From Oikopleura dioica (taxonomy: Eukaryota > Animalia > Chordata): DNA of 64,000 nt. Location: contig OU015568.1 of NCBI GenBank assembly GCA_907165135.1, positions 4,030,001 to 4,094,000 on the forward strand, written 5' to 3'. The position numbers and the translations under genes are program-made. Of the stretch, positions 39,310 through 50,212 are shown piece after piece. Below the pieces are notes generated by a model. It ran no database searches and was not told the DNA's origin. It worked only from the letters and a program-made list of their open reading frames with translations. Each line of letters starts with the position of its first letter. Positions within the stretch are counted from its first letter, which is position 1.

Positions 39310-39700
39310 ATGAGCCATCAGCGATTCATCAATAAACGTTCTGCTTTTAGCGGGCGAGTGACGAAAAGAAGGGTCGCGTTTTCAAGACGATTTAAGAGAA
39401 AGGACTTGGATCCAAATTTTGTGAATTCGAAGTTCTTCGAAGCAATTCGAGCGTCAAGACAAATGACAGATGGAGAAAACGTACTTACTCCGATTCCCAA
39501 CAAGCCATTAGTAAGTCAATCGTAAGAGAACAGTTACTGTCAACATCTAGGATCCCTGCGTGTACGACAACTCAATACAGTACCCCGAAAGCTCAAGTCA
39601 AAATCCTGAAACTTCCTGTACAAAGCCCAGCGTTCAAACTGACCTCCTAACGTGCCATAAAACAAATCCAACCCAGGACGACAGAAAAAATATACAGTAG
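39310..39700 (+). CDS. Small basic protein (116 aa, 2 exons), function unknown
   Basis: Exon 39310-39510 (MSHQRFINKRSAFSGRVTKRRVAFSRRFKRK...), 40-nt GT-AG intron 39511-39550, exon 39551-39700 in frame to TAG. Confidence 0.55.
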
Positions 39701-39853
39701 AAACAGATCTTTCTTTTATATTTCATTTTATTTGTGATTTGCTAAGTGGCAGTAGTGGAGAAAAAATAGTTAAAATGATTATTTTCATATCCGTGTCTGT
39801 ACATGGGTAGCCTGGCATTTTCTGGAGTCGTGGTAGTTTTTTTTATTGCTTTT

Positions 39854-42680
39854 TTACATTTTCTGTTGCTCGTGGAATCGGACTGCTCGACCGTCAAGCT
39901 CAGCGATGTAGTTTGTTGTACCAAGTCGATACTGAAAAAAAATGATTGCAGAGGATGACCTTTGAAAAAGGGATTACCTGGACACAGTCGAGAATGGTAT
40001 TCTGAGCGCGCTCAAATCGCTGAAGAAGGTCACCGGAATGCGCATCATGGCTTAAAAAGGGTTATTTTGGGGTCGGAAAAGCTAACTCACAGTTGCAAAC
40101 TTCCGGTCTGTTGATTGGTACAAGCAGCCACAAGATGGTCGTCCAAGTTTAAAAGCTTATCCTGAAAGAAATCATCAACAAAATGCCTGAAATTCAAAAT
40201 AACGTAGACGGGAAAAGGCAATTGAGCTAATCTCCATGAGCTTGAACTTACCCTGAGCATTTTATCATGCTGATGCGAGACACTAAACGTATTCACAACA
40301 TCATTGGTAAGTCTTCTAGCGCCCTCCTGAGAATTCTGCGAAGTAAAACTGAGCTTTGATAATTTAGTTTGAGGTGGCTTGTTGCGGAATGTAGCGAGTA
40401 AGTTGTCCCCTAGCACGTGGAAAGGCATCCCATTTCCTGAATAAATGATTAATAATCTCCCAAAACTTGACTCTGGAACGAAAATCGTGTGGAAAAAGCA
40501 TGCGAAAAAGAACATAAAAGCGAGGCAAAGCTAATATTGTGCGAAATGGATTTCAAATAGCCACCTAGAAGCAGTTTCTTACCAGGCATAAAGCTTGATG
40601 GACTTTCTTAAAAGTGGATAAAATGGGAGAAAAGCATTTACATACCTTCTTCTTGAGAAAGAACAGACACGGAATTCGTATTTTCGAGTCCAATCCATTG
40701 ATACATCTTGTACTGGCCGCAAAGAAGCCCGTTGTTCTTGAAGTAAAGCGAATGGACTTGTTGGTAGTCGCCCCCGGGGACTTTGATGGTTCTGGTGGGC
40801 TTGCTGGTCTTGACCCGGACGTCGAACTCGAGGACGGATGCTTTGATGCCGCCGTAGACCAGTTGCTTTCCCCGGTTCCATGTTACAGACCAGACTGGAA
40901 CCTGAGTTTCGAAACTGCGGGTGATTCTTGAAGCTTCGAGGTCGATGACTTTCATCGACTTATCCTGAAAGAAATCGTTTTTGGGGTTCGAAAATCTATT
41001 TTGCTTACCAAGCTTCCAGTGAGCAAGTAGCCACTGTTGAACTCAATGTCCTTTATCGATTGCTTATGCGTGGCCACATATTTCTTCCTGGCCATCGTTT
41101 GAATATCCAACACGCAGATTCCATGCGAAAAGTTTGAAAACGTCGTCGTATTCTGATTCGAAATTGAAGTCGCGCAGAGCACAGTGGACCGAAAAGGATC
41201 GTCAACAGCAAGTAATCTACATGCTTCTTTCTGCCCAGGCTGGTTGGTTTCTTTGATAAGTTTTTCTTCCTTTCGAAGAATGAATTTCGGGAAATGCCTT
41301 GGCCGTCTTTCGTCCTTGCTCTGATCATTACTCGTGCGGCGGTTCATTCGCAAATGGTGGATGATGGCTTCGTTTGCTTTCAAACTTTCTTTGGTGATTT
41401 TCAGCTCCGTCTCTGAGACGTTAAGTTTGTCCCGCAGAGTTTTGTTTGCTGCTGACATTTCTTCAACTTGTTTTCTGAACGAAGACAAGGTGAAAATCAA
41501 GCAAGAGAATAAACATACCTGAGTCCTTCGATTTCGCTGGTATCTTCTGCCACAAGCGGCATCGAGCTCGGATAGATCTTCTTTATCTGCCCCTTGGTCG
41601 TCTTTTTCTTACAGTTCGGGCATTCCTTCTTCATTTTCACCCATTTCGTTATACATTCTCGGCCGAAAAGATGGCCGCAAGAACTCAACGCGCATATTTC
41701 ATGCGCTCCGTCCGTTTTCATATTCTCGAAGCAAATGTGGCACTGGGCAATTTCGTTGTCGACACTTTCTGAAAACAAGTTCAGAAAAGAAAAACAGGTT
41801 TTTATACTGACGCAAATTGGTGGAGCGTTTTTGAATACCTTCCTCTTAGCTACATTGTGCAAGTTACAAGAGATAGAGGAAGAGGCTTACCGTTGAGGGA
41901 AGGAGGTGCTTTGACGGGTGACTTTTTCTTGGGAGAAGGTTTTGGTTGAAGCGGCAGATTTTGAACTGGCTCTGGTGCCGCTGGTTCATCTTCGATAAGA
42001 ATAACGCTATCATCTGCGATGATTGTTGGATTCTCAACGACGGGCTGAGTCGGATCTGGCACGTCCGAATCCTCGCGATCGTCTTGGGTTCCATTTTCAT
42101 CGTCTACGTCATCTTCGTCCCCAAGTCCCAGATCGTATGGTGTATCTGGACGGATTCCCGGCGGTAGGCCTTCATCCATGCCTGGTTGTAACATAAAGTC
42201 GTCAAGGTTCAGTTCCGCGTCTGTCGCATCACTATCCGCCTCTGCATCTGTTTCGTCACTATCGGGGACGATTACTCCTCCATTTTCCGTGACTTGTGAC
42301 GGTAGATATTCAGCATCGCCCTCGACGTCAGTTTCATCCGAGTCGGGGCCGAAAAGAGCGGAGTCTCCTGGATCTTCTTCGGAATCGCTGGCAAGAGCTT
42401 CATTGTCTTGCTCTCTATTTTCAGCAGCATCGCTCCTACTACTGGTGCTGCTGCTGGCGACGCTTCGGCTTCGTGCGGCCCAGTGGATAGTTGGTTGGAT
42501 GTCTTGCAAACCTGAAAATAGGTTAATTAAAGGTCTTTGGGACAAAAAATGACGACAACGAGGAACCACTCTGAGTTGAAATTAACCTGTTTCACGATTT
42601 GAGTTGTGCCGCCTAGCAGGAGAATATGGCTGGGATCGATCCCTGTGGGTTAAAACCCGACTTCGAGTGGCTCTTGGCAT
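39854..42680 (-). CDS. RFWD3: E3 ubiquitin ligase RFWD3 (acidic N-terminus, RING, coiled coil, WD40)
   Basis: ATG 42680 (MPRATRSR). RING CHICFE...GAHEICALSSCGHLFGRECITKW...CPNC, a coiled coil, and WD40 HKQSIKDIEF...LLTGSL|DKSMKV...PVWSVTW. Stop ~39854. Confidence 0.88.
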
Positions 42681-43081
42681 AAATGATGCTTCTGTTATTT
42701 ACATTCTGAAGAAGATGCGCTCGCTGATTGTCAAATAAGCAATGAAAAGCTCTAGCTGGAATATTTTATTTCATTTCCTAGCACAAGAAAAGGGGCAATT
42801 GCAAGATTGCAAATTTTTGATTTTTACCAATGTTGGATGTGGACGCAAATTTTTCCTAGGGGCGGCTCTAAGCCAGTAAACGATGATGACGATGAGAAAA
42901 CAAGTTGGATTGTTGCGAACAAGTGGCAACCTGAGAAATAAGTGTGGCAGAGATTGAAAGTGGAGGGAAAACAACGGTGGAAGATAGATTACTTTTCATA
43001 TTTTTGGAGCAATTTGTATTTGACTAAAATTTGCATGATTTTTTCCAAGAGAGGTTTGCAAAAATTCCAGAGTTTTCTTTC

Positions 43082-44599
43082 TTATCGAGATCTGGAGCGG
43101 GATCGCGATCGAGAGCCACCTCGTCGGCCAGTGTCTCTACCTCTATCGCGAGAGTCTGAGCGGGATCGTCGTCGCGCCGCGGGTGATCGCGATCGGGAGC
43201 GCTTGGCGCTGCGGGAACGCGATCTTCGTCCACGAGATCGGGAGCGCGATCGTTTGGGAGCACTTCGTGATCGCGATCTACGTCCTCGAGAGCGAGAGCG
43301 CGATCGAGAGCGGGATCGGCTCTGGGAGCCATCTTCCTAAAGCGAGGAGGTCAGAGCGGAATTGGCGAGGATAAAAATACTTACAGTGATCTTCAAGCGA
43401 AGTCGTCGACCGTTGACATCTTCGCCGTCGAATTTTTTGAAAGCTTTTTAGAAGTTTTAAACTGTGAGCAAAATTAAACATGAAAAAGACCAAAAAGATA
43501 CGACGAAAAGAAACTCGAAGGCTTTTAATCTACTTTTATCTAGTATCAGTTGGGATGATGTAAAACCGTTCCTGCGTGAAGATCATCAGATGTAGCGAAG
43601 CAGACTTCTCCTCTGTTCTTACCCATTCTCTGATGGGCGTCGGTGTAGGTGACCTCGCCGGCCTTGCGCATCATGTCCTTGAGATCGGCCCAACTAAATT
43701 CCAAAAGGTGTGACCAGAGAGTTCAGAATCAGTAGTGAGAAGAAGAGTCCGAAATCACGGATAGGTTTTTAATCACGGATTGGGGGCAACCAAGAATCGG
43801 CACAAGCGACTTTGAACCAACGGACAAAACTGGATAGTTCCATAGTTTTGGGATTTGGATTTTCAAAAAGGGAACGAAACGGGCCACTGGCACCACGGGT
43901 GAATGTGTCCAACGGGGAAAACAAACACAACGGACCCAGAGGAGCAGACTCAGTCGCGACCAAAGCGCAAAAGAACGGAACACGGATTATCCACCCTGAT
44001 TGAGAAATTAACATTTGAAGCGAAATTTAGGTAGTCAAACCCGTCACAAGGCGTTAGAATTTTATAGCTGAATGGATGAAATTTTGGTGAAGAAGCTAGC
44101 TAGTTTCCTAAGCTAATATGGTGGGTACCTGATTCGGCTGGACAAGTTCTCGACTTCGAGAGTGTATCGAGTTCGGTGGGGGCGATTGGAGCCCCGTCGA
44201 TCGTCACGGCCACCTCGGTAGCCGCCTCGGTCACGTGAGCCAGATCGTCGAGATCGAGAGCGCTAGAAGTTTTGATAGAACAGGGAGAGGAATAAGCGGA
44301 CTTACGTTGGCAAGCTCAAGTCGAACTCGCTCGCCACAGAGGGAGCTTCCATCAAGATCCTTGATTGCGTCCTTTTTTATGGTTCTTTCTATGTTTTAGA
44401 AACGAAATTGTGCAAGCGATTTTCGATATATTTAGAACCGTTCCTCGGCGTCTCGTCGATCATCAAAATCAACGAATCCGTATCGATCCCGGAGACGGAT
44501 CTGCGTGACCTTTCCGTACTTGTAGAAGAAGTCTTCAATGTCTCGATCACGTGCTCGGTCGCTCAGACCTCCGATGAACACTGTTGTTCCGTCACTCAT
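43082..44599 (-). CDS. SR splicing factor, SRSF4/5/6 type (RRM, RRM2 with SWxDLKD, RS tail)
   Basis: Exons 44599-44444, 44371-44306, 44262-44129, 43693-43572, 43443-43385, 43336-43082. VFIGGL...YGFVDFDDRRDAEDA, VENLSSRIS|WADLKD, RS repeats, TAA. Confidence 0.95.
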
Positions 44600-44753
44600 T
44601 CTCTAAACACTTGTTTTTCGCCTTTTAAAAACGGTTTTCCATATGTTGAATGTCGAGTGTGAAGGTATTTGAAGAGAGACAGTGATCAAGTGTGCGTTTT
44701 TTTGAGTTGCTTGAACTTGAGGATAATTAAATAGATAAAATAATGATTAAATT

Positions 44754-47731
44754 CTAGTAGCTTCGGCCAGGCGCCATTCCGATGAACGCGCCGTAGTTAT
44801 CTTCGGCAGTGCGCATTCCCGTGACCTGATGCTGTGGGACGGACATGGGGTTGTTCAACGCTCGGTCTAGCGTTTCCAGGTTGTCTGGGTGGGTCATTTC
44901 TGCTCGTCCTCGGAGGATTGAAGGACCAAGAAGCTTTGATAAAGAGGCTAGGCACTCTTCCGCAGCGGCTAAAAATTTTTTTAAGAAGAAGAAAGTGTGA
45001 AATTCAAACCTTTCGTTAATAAAACCGGCGAGTTCGCAGCGTAGAAGAGAATGTCGAAAGATCCAACGAGGCAGTTTTTAAACGTCTTTTTGCCAACAGC
45101 TTCTGCAAACAAACTGATTTGCTTGGAAAACGTCTCGTGGAGCTGCTGATGCGCGTCAAAGTGCCTGTTCGAGCGGATCTGATCGCAGCCGAGGGCAAAT
45201 AATCGACAAATTTCGTCGGCTTGGTTTGGTTTCGAGACCTTTGCGCATTCGACGAGGAGGATGAGGGAGCCATCAGCGCGTTCCCACGGCTCTTCTTTGC
45301 GAGTAAAGCTTGTGCAGGAAGAGCAGCCGCCACCAGTGGGCTGTTTTGCTTTCATCTAAAGAATGGTAGCTTTTTTCATCGTCGTTTTCAATACCTTTGG
45401 AGCCAAAGACCCGCAAGAATACATCGTGCCGTTCTCCTGCTTATCCTCATCTTGCTGAATTCTTCGAACAACTCCGAACTGGCCGGGTCCCGGCTCAAGT
45501 CGACCAAACTTCGAGTTATTTTCCGACTGATCTTTCAAGCCCTTGAAGCTTTCTTCTAGAAACGCGACGACTTTTGGAAAGACTTCGCCGTTGACTGACA
45601 GTAGTTTCGCGACAGCTACCGCACCTCCTTGACGGACTGATGCGATCGGGTCGATGACGTTCTCCATGAATTTCTCGTAAAGAACTAAAAGAAGTTTTAA
45701 TGCATTTGAAATCAATAACGACTAACCTTGATGCTTGGAAAAGGTCTGTTCGGGCAGAGCAGAGACAAAGTTCCCCGCAGCAATGCAACATGCATCTCTA
45801 ACAGGCCAGGAGTCGTCGCCAAATGTCTTGATCAAACTGTCAAGCAAGACTTCCCATTGACCCTCCAAGGATGCTGGCGAGCATTTTGAAGCAAGTTCAG
45901 CAATACAAGCACAAGCTGCTTCCCTCACAGCGTGGTTGTCAGCTGCGATTTGAGCGCTGTAGAAAGATGTGAAGGAAGCGATGTTGGATTCAACAACCTG
46001 AATAAATGAATGATGGATATTTGACCCAGAGTCTACCTGAACACCCTTTTCCGGAAAGAGAAGGCGCCATGTTTCTTGATTATGAATTCTAACTCCAGCG
46101 GCAATGTAATATCGATTGATACAAATTGGCGGGAGAAGCAAAGAGTAATATTTTGCTCGTTCTTCTTCGTTGAGCGCTTTAAGAAAAGCTCTTGCGGCTG
46201 TAGAAGAGGCCATTCGAACTTGTGACCAGTTGTCCGAGATTCCTTTGTGGATCAACGAAGCGAAAGAGGGAACGAGATCGGAGTTTTCAAGCGTCACGGA
46301 GAGGATCGCAGAGGCGATGTAGAACGCGCTCTCGCGGATGAAACGGTTCGAGTGGCAGGTGCATTCGTTGAGCAAGTCGAAGAGCTCCTGCGAAACGACT
46401 TTTGAAGGATCGTTCTTTTCGAAGAGCAACTTCATTCCGTTCATCGACGTTTCCAAATGTCTCCATCCCGCGGACTCGTGAAAGATCTCCTGCGACGAGA
46501 GACCACGTGACTTTTGACCTTCCAAAATCTTTTGCCGGACGACTTCATTTTGCGGCAAATCGGCGGCTCCGGGATCTCGCGCTAAATCACGACGGATCAG
46601 TTCCAAAATTCGACCAAAAGCGACGAAGAACTGGGCTTCGCCGAGTTTTTTGACCAAATCCGCGAGAAGAGCCGCGGATGATGATCGGACGCGGCTTTCT
46701 TTGTGATCAATGTGGTCGAGAGTCAAGACGAAGACTTTTTTCAACTCGGCATCGGAGAAAACTGACAGGAGGTTGGAACACGCGGAGAGAAGCCCTTAAG
46801 ATTCATAAATACAAAAACAGTTAATATTCCTGCAAATTCAATTGAATTAAAGTTTATTACCTGCAACTGCTTCCCAAGAAATTTCCTCTTGGGCAAATTT
46901 TTCAAAAATCAATTTTTTGAATTCATCTTTGTTCTCCAACTTCTTCACTTGCAAAATGGCCCTTTCTCGTTGTAATCTCTGGCTGCTACATAGACGAGTC
47001 ACGCTAACTTCCCCAAGACGCTAACTTCCCCAGACGCTGACTTCCCCAGACGCTAACTTGCACAACCTTGGGGAAGTTAGCGTTTTGGGGAAGTTAGCGT
47101 CTTGGGCAAGTTAGCGTCTTAAATGCGTGGGCGATCCGTTGAGCGTTGAATGGCTCTTTCAGCATGTCTTAGTCTGGTAGACAGTCAGTCGTCTCTTAGA
47201 ATCTAACCTCAACCTCTCCTCGTGAATAGCGGTCATATTTTCAATTTCTTTTGAGCAAATTTAATTTAACGTTTTGAAATAAAATTTTGTACTCCGGGAG
47301 TACACTTATTTTGACAGTCAATGTCAAAATTTCTGAGCTCTTATTATATAAAATAAGATAACTTTGATTATTTCGAAGCGTTATTATTAGAACATTAATC
47401 CCAAAAAATGCCTGAATTCTCAAAGCTCTGTCTAAATGACTTAGAAATAATCGCTCCTACTATTACTTTCTGAATACTGTATTCAGTGTTCCGAAAATTG
47501 AGGCTTCAAAAAATTTCGAGAAAAAAATATTAATAATATAAATTAGAAGAAAATAATTTTCTCTAACAGGAAACTTTGACGCTAACTTGCCCAAGACACT
47601 AACTTCCCCAGACGCTAATTTGCACAACCTTGGGGAAGTTAGCGTTTTGGGGAAGTTAGCGTCTGGGGAAGTTAGCGTCTTGGGCAAGTTAGCGTGACTC
47701 TACATAGACCGGTGATTATCTCAGCCGCCAT
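44754..47731 (-). CDS. HEAT/ARM-repeat protein; coding exon 1 interrupted by a MITE
   Basis: ATG 47731. Removing the element and one TSD gives MAAEIITGLCSSQRLQRERAILQ...WEAVA|GLLSAC..., in frame with ORF 45722-46744 (HEAT motifs ESRVRSSSA, DNWSQVRMAS, DNHAVREAAC, DSWPVRDACC). Later exons contain YSCGSLAPKM...EPWERADG; TAG at 44754. Confidence 0.85.
46996..47700. mobile_element. 705-bp MITE with terminal inverted repeats and a 9-bp TSD (Mutator-like)
   Basis: Ends gagtcacgctaactt...aagttagcgtgactc. Perfect direct repeat tacatagac at 46987-46995 and 47701-47709. Subterminal 15-17 bp gacgctaacttcccca repeats occur in both orientations at each end. Confidence 0.95.
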
Positions 47732-50212
47732 TTCTCCCCTCGATTTGGAAAAAAAGTGAAATTGCGAATTTGAAGAAAAGAAATCGAAGTGGCGCGGCCA
47801 ATCGGAACAAGCGAGAGCTCTTTAGTGAGTCATTCTCGAAACTCGGAATTTCAATTTCTCGATGAAATCGATTTTACGCTCGAATGAATTAGCAAACAAC
47901 TTTATATTTTGCAAAGCGTAGAAATGATTTTTGCATTAAAATTATCATAAAATGATTAAGACGAAATCTCAATCGAAAAAACATCGGTCGCGCTTCGTTC
48001 TTCAGATCTTGTTACTGTAAGAATTACTGTAAGCTACAGAATAAGAATGATCAGATCCGAAACTTGATGAATATCTGTCATCCTTTATCTTTTATTTTTG
48101 GTGTTTTATCTAATTAATTATCTTTAATCTCGTGCGAAAAGATTCAGTGACAGGCTGTCACTGACAGCTTGAAAATGCTTCAGCCTCAAGCCTTTAGGGT
48201 CCTTGATGCTTACAGTATTTCATACAACGACAATGTCCAAGATCGACGTTTTTGTTAACATCATTTGAGTAGATTTTCAAAGGAAATATCACTTTGAAAA
48301 TACAAAAATTAGTGTCACTTTCATTTCCACTTTGAAAATTTCAAAGGGGTCATTTCAAATTTCAAGCATTGGCGAGCCCTGTCGCCTGCTGACAGTTTTG
48401 TGGATTCGGAACCTATTTAGACTTTGGGAGTCAAATCCGGTTCTCTTTTCATCTTGCCGCACTCTTCGTCGATTTTTCCCACGTAGTAAAGGATCATAAA
48501 AGGGTTTTTTATGTATTGGAAATCAACAAAGAAAAGAACTCATTTTTCTTCTGTTTATTGGTGTTCTCATAAGTTGCAGTATCTGCATATTTTCCTTTCC
48601 ATTAACCTTTCCCAACAGCATCCTGAATCTGCCGAGTCTGACAATATGTCTCCTGTCTGTTAGACAACTGGGAGCCCCCTGTCCCTGCTCCGGAACAGTG
48701 CTACTTCCAGCTGCAGATTCTCCTCGCTCCTCAAGCTGCACAAGTTTTGTATTTTTGTTTTCCATAGCAACTTCGTGAGATTCAGACTGAGATATTGTTT
48801 GACTTGGAAATGGAAAAAATTTCGATATCGTCAGTTGAGAGGGCACTATCGTTGCGTGAAGAGGACGCAAGCTTGAAAGCAAGGAGGAAATACAAAAGTG
48901 GAAAGAGAAACGCTTTCTAGGGACTTTCTCAGGAACCAAAAGAGGAAATATTTCGGACAAAAAGCTCGTTTGTTATTTTATAAAAAAAGATTTTCCAAAA
49001 GATTCGTCGCTTTTTTAGGCTTCAGAATCGAATATACCAAAGTTTTCTTCGAATTTTTTGTTCTGTAAACATTTATTCTTGTATAAAGAAAAAACTTATC
49101 AATCAGTATATCTGACAGTATGAAATCGAAATTACCCAAAAGGTTCAATTTTTATGACATCGCCCTAATTTCCTTCCCCCAAAGCGTAACAGGTCCCCAA
49201 TTTGTCGCAAGCAATAATTTGCATCTCGAAAACCTGCAGCAAATGATTGGATCGGTACGCGGTTCAACCGGTTTTCTGCTCGACCTGAGTTGGATAAACA
49301 CAGGCCCGTGACCTGAAATGGCTTAGAGGTCCTAAAATACAAATTGTAGAGCTTGAGAAGTGGGATGGAGCGGGAGGATCAGAGGGATCCGTGGGAGAGC
49401 GCGTGGAAACTGATCTGAAGGAGTTTCATTTCCACAAATTTCATGCTCTTTAGTTGAAGAAAAATACACTCAGTTCGGGATCAAAAAGGAAGAATTTCAA
49501 TCAACGGGAATTGATTATTGATGAGAGTCTCATCTTGTATCTTTACAATTTTAGGATGTTCGCCGACAATCCTCATCCTTCCTCTCATATTTCTCAGGGT
49601 CTTCTGCTTACCACGAAATCTTCTTGAAATATACACAGTCAGCACTATCGTCCTTTTAGAATCCTTCAATAAATATTTCATTATGAAGAATCTCCTATTT
49701 TTGTAAGGCAATGAATATTTAAAATGTACAAACAAAATTAAAACCTCAAAGGCCGGAAATATTAAGCTCAATTTTCGCTCCCCTCAATTTGGAGAGAATT
49801 TTATTAGAGCAAGGAAGTGAAAATGACAAATTGAGGCGCAATTGGCGTCAAGGGTTTCCTAGTCGACGGAAGTTGACGATTTTCATTTTTGAAACAGATT
49901 GATTTGGCCCTATTTGGCGTTTATTTTCGCGCTATGAAGTGGCCTTGTACAGTAGCGATGGCTGTAAAAAGGGATGAAAAGGAGTATTTACGCTTCTTAG
50001 TTCCGAAATTTGCATTGTTTTCTGGCTTTTGCACTTCCGAGTGAGTATCTCCTTAGATCGCCCGCACTTCCTTTTGGCGGGCTATTTAAATTTCTCAATA
50101 ATGCGCAAATTTCAAAAACATTCGAAAGCGCAAACAATAAGGCTCTAAGGTTGTACCTGCATGAATTTTTCTATTTGATGATTTAAATGCTACTTCCTCT
50201 GGCTCAAAAGAG

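Noticed and set aside
42942-43374. Plus-strand ORFs rich in RE/RD repeats
   Set aside because: Antisense shadow of the SR protein RS domain.
43729-44014. ORFs inside the long SR intron as separate genes
   Set aside because: No motifs; better explained as intronic or poison-exon sequence.
48523-48960. 145-aa minus-strand ORF
   Set aside because: TTG start, no recognisable domain and no convincing splice context.
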